Part shown: piece by piece, positions 16,390-23,762 of the stretch
Numbering within the stretch: the stretch's first letter is position 1
Layout of the letters: each line of letters opens with the position of its first letter
DNA from: an uncultured Clostridia bacterium
Lineage (GTDB): Bacteria; Bacillota; Clostridia; Christensenellales; CAG-138
Reading direction: 5' to 3'
DNA length: 64,000 nt
Assembly: GCA_947168565.1 (NCBI GenBank)
Contig: CAMVMM010000010.1
Coordinates: forward strand, 9,278-73,277
Program-made: the position numbers and the translations under genes
Notes under the pieces: model-generated
Seen by the model: the letters and a program-made list of their open reading frames with translations, nothing else
Told to the model about the DNA's origin: nothing
Databases searched by the model: none

Positions 16390-16418
16390 TTGATTTTCTG
16401 CAACATAGGTGCTATAAT
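16390..16418 (+). promoter_or_regulatory. strong orphan sigma-A promoter (extended -10)
   Basis: TTGATT - 17 nt (ending TGC) - TATAAT. No plus-strand CDS follows. Confidence 0.6.
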
Positions 16419-16424
16419 AGTGCC

Positions 16425-16538
16425 TGTAAATAAGAGTGCGACCTCCATTGCATGGCAAAGATCGAAGCGAGGCGATCTTTCAATCTTATATTCATGGTTA
16501 GTCAAAAAGCCTTCGGATTAGCTGCCCGAGGGTTTTTT
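16425..16538 (+). ncRNA. candidate small RNA of unknown family (promoter-to-terminator unit, about 115 nt)
   Basis: Bounded by the promoter above and the terminator CCTTCGG-attagctgc-CCGAGGG+TTTTTT (16511-16538). Internal hairpins CCAT-tgc-ATGG and AAAGATCG-aagcgagg-CGATCTTT. Contains an ACCUCC anti-SD-like element. Confidence 0.4.
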
Positions 16539-16637
16539 GCGTTCTATGCGTTGTTTGCAAACCTGCGCAGCATCCAAAGCGCTGCCGCCGAAATATTGAA
16601 ATGAAGAATGCAGAACGGTAAAGCTTTCGCTCCGAAC

Positions 16638-16676
16638 GCAAAAGCACCGCCGCCCGGGATGCACCCGAACGGCGGT
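16638..16676 (-). terminator. intrinsic terminator of the GGGtGRT operon
   Basis: Minus strand reads ACCGCCGTTCGGG-tgcat-CCCGGGCGGCGGT (13 bp, two G:U), then GCTTTTG. Confidence 0.65.
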
Positions 16677-16702
16677 TTATAATCATGTGAGGCGGAGCCG
16701 CT

Positions 16703-17704
16703 TCAGCCCCTCATCGCCTTTTCAATGGCAACCGCCACGGCAACGGTGGCGCCCACCATCGGGTTGTTGCCCATGCCGATAAGGCCCATCATGTCCACGT
16801 GCGCCGGCACGGAGCTGGAGCCCGCGAACTGCGCATCGGAATGCATCCTGCCCATGGTGTCCGTCATGCCGTAGCTTGCGGGGCCCGCCGCCATATTGTC
16901 GGGGTGCAGGGTCCTGCCGGTGCCGCCGCCGGAAGCAACGGAGAAATACTTTTTGCCGTTTTCAACGCACCATTTTTTATAGGTGCCGGCAACGGGGTGC
17001 TGGAAGCGGGTGGGGTTGGTGGAGTTGCCGGTGATGGAAACGTCCACGTCCTCGCGCTTCATTATTTCAACGCCCTCGCTCACGTCGTCCGCGCCGTAGC
17101 AGCGAACCTTGCTGCGCTCGCCGCCGCTGAAGGCGCGCTCGCTGTGAACCACAAGCTCCCCGCTCAGGCGGTCAAGCTCGGTTTCAACGAAGGTGAAGCC
17201 GTTGATCCTGGCGATGATATACGCCGCATCCTTGCCAAGGCCGTTCAGGATCACCTTGATGGGGGTTTTGCGAACCTGATTCGCTTCGGAGGCAAGCTTT
17301 ATAGCGCCCTCCGCCGCCGCGAAGCTCTCGTGGCCGGCAAGGAAGCAGAAGCATTTTGTGCTCTCGTTAAGCAGCATTGCGGCAAGATTGCCGTGTCCAA
17401 GGCCCACCTTGCGGTGATCCGCCACGGAGCCGGGCACGCAGAAGCTCTGTATGCCCTCGCCGATGCATTTCGACGCTTCCTCGGCGGTCTTAACGCCGCG
17501 CTTTATTGCGATAGCCGCACCCACGGTATACGCCCAAACCGCGTTTTCAAAGGCGTTTGCCTGAGTGGTTTTAATAATGTCGCGCACGTCTATGCCCTTG
17601 CTCTCAACAAGCTTTGCGGCGCTCTCAAGATCGGCAATGCCCTCGGCGGCAAGCGCGGCACGGATCCTGTCTATCCTATTGGAATATCCTTCAAAATTAA
17701 CCAT
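16703..17704 (-). CDS. GGGtGRT family protein (function unknown)
   Basis: Contains the eponymous motif ...FSVASGGGTGRTLHPDNMAAGPASYGMTD.... Length is about 333 aa. Start taken at MVNFEGY (RBS GAGGTG); an alternative ATG at 17716 overlaps the upstream stop. Confidence 0.85.
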   Translation of the reverse strand: MVNFEGYSNRIDRIRAALAAEGIADLESAAKLVESKGIDVRDIIKTTQANAFENAVWAYTVGAAIAIKRGVKTAEEASKCIGEGIQSFCVPGSVADHRKVGLGHGNLAAMLLNESTKCFCFLAGHESFAAAEGAIKLASEANQVRKTPIKVILNGLGKDAAYIIARINGFTFVETELDRLSGELVVHSERAFSGGERSKVRCYGADDVSEGVEIMKREDVDVSITGNSTNPTRFQHPVAGTYKKWCVENGKKYFSVASGGGTGRTLHPDNMAAGPASYGMTDTMGRMHSDAQFAGSSSVPAHVDMMGLIGMGNNPMVGATVAVAVAIEKAMRG

Positions 17705-17712
17705 ATTGCACC

Positions 17713-18405
17713 TCATTCCTTGCGCGGGTCGATGTACTTCGCCGCCTCGTTGAACCTGCCGTACTGCTTTAAGCCGGACTCGTACGCTTCCTTATGGTCA
17801 ACGCCGTTTTTGATCTTTTCAAGCATAACGCCGAGATTGATGTATTCGTAGCCGATGATCTCGTCGTGCTCATCGAGCGCCAGCCTCGTGATATAGCCCT
17901 CCTGAAGGCTCAGATACCTTGCGCCCTTCTCGCGGGTGGAGTAGGTGGTGCCCACGGAGCTCATGTGACCCTTGCCAAGATCCTCCAGCCCCGCGCCGAT
18001 GGAGAGGCCGCCGTCCGAAAATGCGCTCTGCGTTCTGCCGTAAACTATCTGAAGGAAGAGCTCGCGCATGGCGGTGTTTATAGCGTCGCACACAAGGTCG
18101 GTATTGAGCGCCTCAAGGATGGTTTTGCCGGTGAGTATCTCCGCCGCCATAGCCGCGGAATGCGTCATGCCGGTGCAGCCGATGGTTTCGATGAGCGCCT
18201 CCTCGATGATGCCATTTTTAACGTTCAGCGTGAGCTTGCATGCGCCCTGCTGCGGCGCGCACCAGCCAATGCCGTGCGTAAAGCCGCTGATGTCCGTTAT
18301 TTGTTTTGCCTTGACCCATTTGCCCTCCTCGGGAATGGGGGCGGGGTCATGCACGGCGCCCTTGTGAACGCAGCACATATTCTCTACTTCATGCGTATAC
18401 TTCAT
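17713..18405 (-). CDS. NifU/IscU-like Fe-S scaffold-domain protein with C-terminal extension
   Basis: IscU-like Cys pattern (GIGWCAPQQGAC ... ETIGCTGMTHSAAMAAEILTGKTILEAL). Directly coupled to the GGGtGRT gene. Confidence 0.75.
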   Translation of the reverse strand: MKYTHEVENMCCVHKGAVHDPAPIPEEGKWVKAKQITDISGFTHGIGWCAPQQGACKLTLNVKNGIIEEALIETIGCTGMTHSAAMAAEILTGKTILEALNTDLVCDAINTAMRELFLQIVYGRTQSAFSDGGLSIGAGLEDLGKGHMSSVGTTYSTREKGARYLSLQEGYITRLALDEHDEIIGYEYINLGVMLEKIKNGVDHKEAYESGLKQYGRFNEAAKYIDPRKE

Positions 18406-18482
18406 AAAAGTTCCTTTCTAAAGTTCCTTTCCGCTACGGATTTTATGAATCGAAAACAGAGTACACCGAATTCAATCGTATA

Positions 18483-18532
18483 ATTATACCATATTTTCGG
18501 TGGATTTCAAGGGTTTTATACCACTGAAATCC
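18483..18532 (-). promoter_or_regulatory. promoter of the NifU-like/GGGtGRT operon, with an 8-bp inverted repeat overlapping the -35
   Basis: Minus strand reads TTGAAA - 16 nt (ending TGG) - TATAAT. Dyad GGATTTCA (18502-18509) / TGAAATCC (18525-18532) has a 15-nt spacer. Confidence 0.55.
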
Positions 18533-18709
18533 GCATTGTTGATCGCAGTTAGCTTCCAAAGTAAGCTCCACAGTGGGATTTGAAGCGGGATTAAACATTG
18601 GAGGCGGAAAGCGGCAGAATTCAGTTTGGGAAAAAAGGTCGTTTTAGCCGCTGCCGCACGGGGGCTTCATTTTTTCTTCAAGATATGGTAGAATAGATAT
18701 AATGGCTTA

Positions 18710-20308
18710 ATGTACCATGCGCGGCGTACCCGTGGCGGAGCGCGAGCGCACGGAAAAAAGCCCGGAAAGGAACTGCTAATCTTGGATAAAGTATTCCCGA
18801 CTCAGCACATAATGACCACCGCGCTTCTCTGCATGGCGGCGTACCTTGTGCTATTTCTATGCTATTCTTCATTTAAAAAGAAGAATGCGCTGCTGCTTAG
18901 TGCGTTCGATAAGTCCGATCGGAACCGCTTTCTGGTCGGCTGGCTGCTCGTGGCGGCGTTCGTTGTGCGCATAGCGCTTTCATGCTATCTTGAGGGGCAT
19001 AAAACGGATATAGGCTGCTTCACGATATGGGGCAACAATATCGCAAGCGGAGGCTTCCAAAACTTTTACAACAAGGCGTCGGGAATGCCGGATTATCCCC
19101 CGGGATATATGTATATTCTGGGGCTCATGTCCTCCGTTTCTCGCGCGCTTGGGCATGGGGTGTATGATGAGTTCGGAAACTACGACCTTCTGTATATTGC
19201 CTTCATCAAGCTGCCCTCCATAATCGCGGATCTTGCGGCGGCGTACCTTGTGTACCGCCTTGCCGTAAAGCGCCTGCGCTTTGCCCCCGCGTTTCTGCTT
19301 GCTGCGCTTGTGGCGTTCAACCCCGTGATGGTTTATATCTCCGGCGGCTGGGGGCAGATAGATCAGATACTCACAATACTCATCGTGCTGGCGATACTTG
19401 CGCTCAATGCAAACAAGCCCATCCTCGGCGGCATGATCTACGGCCTTGCGATCCTTATGAAGCCGCAGGCGCTGATGGTCGGCCCGCTGATGGCGCTGGC
19501 GTATTTCATGTATATCTTCGATCCGGATTTCTTTAAGAATTCCGAATACGAGTGCAGGGACGAGCTTAAAACACGCATCGCCAAAACTGCGATCGCGGTG
19601 GCGTGCGCCGTGGCGCTCATAATCATCTCCGCCATACCCTTTGCAAGCAAGGAGCTGCCGCTGTTTGAGCTTATCTGGAATAAGTACCTCGGCACGGCGA
19701 CCTCCTATAAATACGCCTCCGTAAATGCGTATAATATCTTCACCCTGTTCGGCAAGAACTGGGCGAGCCTGGACCGTGAGCCCATCCTCGGAGTTCTCGG
19801 CACCGTCGGCATGGTGATCTCGGTCGTATTCGGCGGCGTGCTCTACTGGTTCGGAAGAAAAAAGAATCGCGGCGCGCTGTACCTTGCGGCGGCGTTCACC
19901 TTCGTGTCGCTCTTCACGCTGGGCCACTATATGCACGAGCGCTATATGTTCCCGATGCTGCTGCTGCTCTTCATGGCGTATCTTTATTACCACGACAGAA
20001 GGCTGCTTTACGCCATGCTTGCCTATACCGCAACCGCGATGGTGAACTGCCTTGCCGCCTTCTATTACAGCAAATACCACGAATTCGGGCTTTATTGGGA
20101 TGAGCGCATAGTGTTCTGGTGCTCGCTTGCGAACGTGCTGCTGTTCATCGCGTTCACGGCGCTCTGCGTTTTCATAATGATAAAGGGCAAAACTGCGGAC
20201 GACGTGTTCGACGGCGAGGCGGAGGAAGAGCTTCCCGCCGGCTCGATCGCAAAAAGCGCCGTGAGCGGCGATAAGCCGAGATCGGCTAAAAAAACAGCCG
20301 GGCGCTGA
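18710..20308 (+). CDS. GT-C fold integral membrane glycosyltransferase (ArnT/PMT_2/DUF2029-like mannosyltransferase)
   Basis: At least 10 predicted TM segments. First-loop motif GHKTDIGCFTIWGN...MPDYPPGYMYILG and FIKLPSIIADLAAAYLVY. Start uncertain: 18710 could be leaderless, 7 nt after a TATAAT; 18812 is the alternative. Confidence 0.75.
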   Translation: MYHARRTRGGARAHGKKPGKELLILDKVFPTQHIMTTALLCMAAYLVLFLCYSSFKKKNALLLSAFDKSDRNRFLVGWLLVAAFVVRIALSCYLEGHKTDIGCFTIWGNNIASGGFQNFYNKASGMPDYPPGYMYILGLMSSVSRALGHGVYDEFGNYDLLYIAFIKLPSIIADLAAAYLVYRLAVKRLRFAPAFLLAALVAFNPVMVYISGGWGQIDQILTILIVLAILALNANKPILGGMIYGLAILMKPQALMVGPLMALAYFMYIFDPDFFKNSEYECRDELKTRIAKTAIAVACAVALIIISAIPFASKELPLFELIWNKYLGTATSYKYASVNAYNIFTLFGKNWASLDREPILGVLGTVGMVISVVFGGVLYWFGRKKNRGALYLAAAFTFVSLFTLGHYMHERYMFPMLLLLFMAYLYYHDRRLLYAMLAYTATAMVNCLAAFYYSKYHEFGLYWDERIVFWCSLANVLLFIAFTALCVFIMIKGKTADDVFDGEAEEELPAGSIAKSAVSGDKPRSAKKTAGR

Positions 20309-20337
20309 GAGCCGAACGTGATTTGAGGATGATCAAT

Positions 20338-23127
20338 ATGAAAAGAAACATTAAAAATATCAATAAAATAGCCTCGCGCTTTATGAGCGCCGTGCTCCTC
20401 GCCGCGCTGCTCGCCTCCTGCCTTTTCCTCCTGGGAAACAGCAAGGGGGCCTCGGCGGTCAAAAACGGCGATTTTGAGTCCGTCGGCTCAAACAGGATGC
20501 CCTCGGATTGGAGCTATTCCTCCTATCTGAACGATATGTCCATCTCCACCTGCGTCACGGTGGACGATCCCGAGCGCGGAAAGGTGGTCAAGCTTATGAA
20601 CACGGAGGAGGACGACGCGCACCTTGTGCAGACCGTTCCCGTGCAGCCAAACACCGTCTACCGCTTCTACTGCTACGTTAAAACCGAGGGCGTAGTGGGC
20701 GGCGCGGGCGGAAACATCGGGCTTGAGGATCTGACCTGCTACTCCAAATCCGTGATGGGCGATTCGGGCTGGACGCTTGTGGAGCTTATCGGCAAAACCG
20801 GCGCGAAGCAGACCGGGCTTGCAATAGGCTGCCGCCTCGGAAACTATTCCGCGGTGAGCAAGGGCTCCGCGTATTTCGACGGCTTCGGCATGGAAAAGCT
20901 GGATTCCTATTCCGGCACGGTGCAGAGCTTTGAGTCCGTAAACAGCGGCGGCAACGGCGGCGGCTCCGGCACTCAGGCGGAAAACCCGAAATCCTCCTCC
21001 AATATAGAGCAGTACACCGCAAGGATGAAGATGGGCGCAATCACCGTATCCGCCTATATCATCGCGCCGCTCGCCGTGTGGTTCATACTGCACATGGAGC
21101 ACGTATACGATAAGAAAAAGGGCGATAAGGCAATAAAAACGCCCGCTCAGCTCGCCCCCTCCTTCTTCAGCACCTCGGCGGAGCCCCTTCCCAAAAAGAC
21201 GGACACCAAGCTTCGCTACACAAAGCTGGACTGGCTGCTCGTTTGCGCGCTGACGGCGGTCTACGCCATATTGGCCGTCACAAATCTCGGCTCCACCAAT
21301 TTCCCGGATACCGAGTGGCGCGGCAGGAACGGCGCGAGCGTGCGCTTCGTGTTTGACGGCGAGGTGGAGATAGGCTCCGTGTGGCAGAACTGCGGCATCA
21401 CCGGAGGCGGCGGCGAATCCAGGTTTTCGCTGACCGGGGACGACGGAAAGTCCGCTGAATTCGACCAGAAATACGGCATAATGTATCGCTGGAATAAAAA
21501 CGACATGCCGGCGAACGTCAGGCCCATGAAGACCCGCACCGTTACCATGAGCATCACAAGGGGCGAGGGCGTGTTCAACGAGATCGCCTTCTTCGACAAG
21601 GAGGGCAATCTGCTGCCCGTGCGCGTGGAAAACGCTGCGGACGCCGCGCTCGTGGATGAGCAGAGCACCGTGCCGGAGTATCCGAACTATATGGTGGGTA
21701 TGTATTTCGACGAGCTCTATCACGCGAGGACGGCTTACGAGCATAAGCATTATCTCAAGGTATACGAAACCACCCATCCGCCGCTCGGCAAAATAATCAT
21801 CTCCATCGGCATCAGCATCTTCGGCATGAACCCCTTCGGCTGGCGCATCATGGGCGCGCTGTTCGGCGTGGCCATGATACCGCTCATGTATGCCTTCGGA
21901 AAGCGCATGTTCGGCAGAAGCTGGCTTGCGTTCCTTGCGGCGGGGCTTATGGCGTTTGACTTCATGCACTACGCGCAAACCAGGATCTCCACGATCGACG
22001 TGTACGGCGTGTTCTTCAACCTGTGCATGACCTACTATATGTATAAGTTCATCAGGATGGACCTTGGGGACAGCCTGAAGGATACCCTCAAGCCCCTCGC
22101 GCTCTCCGGCCTGTTCTTCGGCATAGGCTGCGCCTCCAAATGGATCTGCGTTTACACGGGCGCGGCGCTCGCGGTGATGTTCTTTGCCAAAATGATAGTG
22201 CTTTGGCTGAAGGCAAAGAGGATAAACGAAACTAAGGGCTTGGATGCAAACGATCCCGCAGTTAAAAATTCAAAGAATTTTGGGAAGAGATTCGTTAAAA
22301 CCTGCCTGTGGTGCATCCCCTTCTTCATCATCATACCCGTGACGATCTACGTGGCGTCCTATTTCCCGTATTACAAGGCGGAATGGGGCAAAAAAGCGGA
22401 AACCGACAGGATAGCGCAGATGCGCGCCGCGGGCGAGCTTGGCCAGAACGAATTGCCCGAGGGCTCGGTGCTTTCGCTTGGCGAAAAGGCAAAGGCGTAT
22501 CTAAACGGCGTTATCAAGAATCAGGAATATATGTATAATTACCACAGCAAGCTCGATTCCACCCACAGCTTCCAGTCCTCGTGGTATGAATGGCCGCTTT
22601 CAAACCGCCCCATGTGGTTCTACGCGGGCTATAATCACCCCGATAAGAATATGTACGGCACCATCTCCTCCTTCGGCAACCCGGCGGTCTGGTGGGTCTG
22701 CTTCGTGGGCACGCTGTTCATGGTGCTTATGACGCTGCGCGGCAGGTTCAAGCTTAATACGGATATCTTCTTCCTGCTGATGTGCATGGCGTCCAGCATG
22801 CTGCCGTGGATGCTCGTGTCAAGGTGCGTATTCATCTATCACTACTTTGCCACCGTGCCGCTCATAATCCTTGCAAGCGTTTACGTGCTCAAGCATTATG
22901 AGGATAAATTCCATTACATTCCGAAGGAAAAGGGCATGGAGCTTTCCAAGGCGGCAAGGCTGCTGCCGTACGCCAAGTTCGTGTGGCTGGGCGCCGCCGT
23001 GCTGCTGTTCATCATCTTCTATCCGGTAATCACCGGCATACCCATCAGCAGGTCCCTCGTGCAGGCGCTTCAATGGCTGCCCACGTGGAGCTTCACCGGC
23101 GGCTGGCCCTCCATTTGGCCGAATTGA
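20338..23127 (+). CDS. GT39-type (PMT-like) polyprenol-phosphate-sugar protein glycosyltransferase with N-terminal CBM-like and discoidin-like modules
   Basis: PMT core YFDELYHARTAYE...THPPLGKIIISIGISIFG with many TM segments. N-terminal NGDFESVG...W jelly-roll-like module, then a second extracytoplasmic module (...NEIAFFDKEGN). RBS GAGGA sits 8 nt before ATG 20338. Confidence 0.85.
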   Translation: MKRNIKNINKIASRFMSAVLLAALLASCLFLLGNSKGASAVKNGDFESVGSNRMPSDWSYSSYLNDMSISTCVTVDDPERGKVVKLMNTEEDDAHLVQTVPVQPNTVYRFYCYVKTEGVVGGAGGNIGLEDLTCYSKSVMGDSGWTLVELIGKTGAKQTGLAIGCRLGNYSAVSKGSAYFDGFGMEKLDSYSGTVQSFESVNSGGNGGGSGTQAENPKSSSNIEQYTARMKMGAITVSAYIIAPLAVWFILHMEHVYDKKKGDKAIKTPAQLAPSFFSTSAEPLPKKTDTKLRYTKLDWLLVCALTAVYAILAVTNLGSTNFPDTEWRGRNGASVRFVFDGEVEIGSVWQNCGITGGGGESRFSLTGDDGKSAEFDQKYGIMYRWNKNDMPANVRPMKTRTVTMSITRGEGVFNEIAFFDKEGNLLPVRVENAADAALVDEQSTVPEYPNYMVGMYFDELYHARTAYEHKHYLKVYETTHPPLGKIIISIGISIFGMNPFGWRIMGALFGVAMIPLMYAFGKRMFGRSWLAFLAAGLMAFDFMHYAQTRISTIDVYGVFFNLCMTYYMYKFIRMDLGDSLKDTLKPLALSGLFFGIGCASKWICVYTGAALAVMFFAKMIVLWLKAKRINETKGLDANDPAVKNSKNFGKRFVKTCLWCIPFFIIIPVTIYVASYFPYYKAEWGKKAETDRIAQMRAAGELGQNELPEGSVLSLGEKAKAYLNGVIKNQEYMYNYHSKLDSTHSFQSSWYEWPLSNRPMWFYAGYNHPDKNMYGTISSFGNPAVWWVCFVGTLFMVLMTLRGRFKLNTDIFFLLMCMASSMLPWMLVSRCVFIYHYFATVPLIILASVYVLKHYEDKFHYIPKEKGMELSKAARLLPYAKFVWLGAAVLLFIIFYPVITGIPISRSLVQALQWLPTWSFTGGWPSIWPN

Positions 23128-23148
23128 TAGGGGAGGAGGCAAAGCGTA

Positions 23149-23652
23149 ATGGATAAAGGCGCAAAACGGAGCGAGGGCAAAAAAAGCCTTGTTCAGTTTA
23201 TAAAATTCGCCCTTGTGGGGGCAAGCAACTCGGCGGTGGATTATGTCGTGTCATTCATCGTTACCAAGCTGCTCAGGCTCATAACGGCCGGAGGCTGGGT
23301 GAAATATGCCGCGAAGATCATCGGCTATGCCTGCGGCGTGCTCAACAGCTACATCTGGAACAGCAGGTGGACCTTCCGCGAGGAGCGAAAGCAGGATAAG
23401 CGCGAGATAATAAGCTTTATAGCCGTGAATCTCACCGTGCTTCTTGTGTCGCTGGGGCTGATCTTCCTTTTCAACAACGTTTTCAATATTGACGATTGGT
23501 GGAACGCCTCCTCCTTCCCGCAGTGGCTCAAGAGCATAATCGACGGCGAGCTTTTCTGCACCCTGCTTTCAACGGTTATCTGCATTCCGCTGAACTTTAT
23601 TCTCAATAAGCTCTTCGTGTTCAAAGCGGAGGATAAAAAAACTAAAGCTTAA
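23149..23652 (+). CDS. GtrA family membrane protein (lipid-linked sugar translocation)
   Basis: 167 aa, 4 TM segments. LVQFIKFALVGASNSAVDYVV... and C-terminal LNKLFVFK are typical of GtrA. Confidence 0.85.
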   Translation: MDKGAKRSEGKKSLVQFIKFALVGASNSAVDYVVSFIVTKLLRLITAGGWVKYAAKIIGYACGVLNSYIWNSRWTFREERKQDKREIISFIAVNLTVLLVSLGLIFLFNNVFNIDDWWNASSFPQWLKSIIDGELFCTLLSTVICIPLNFILNKLFVFKAEDKKTKA

Positions 23653-23762
23653 CTGTGTTTTTTGGCGGGGGCGCGGCAGGTGCGTCCCCGCGAATGCTTG
23701 AAATCACCCGGTCTTTTTCCGCCGCAAGTCAAGGCGGGATCGAGCGGGGAAAGGATGGAAAA

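Noticed and set aside
16014-16433. 139-aa plus-strand ORF spanning the repeat region.
   Set aside because: It overlaps two promoters and all the repeat units. It is Arg/Gly/Lys-rich low complexity and has no RBS.
16452-16604. 50-codon ORF inside the candidate sRNA.
   Set aside because: There is no Shine-Dalgarno sequence upstream (it is preceded by ACCTCC instead). The frame reads straight through the intrinsic terminator.
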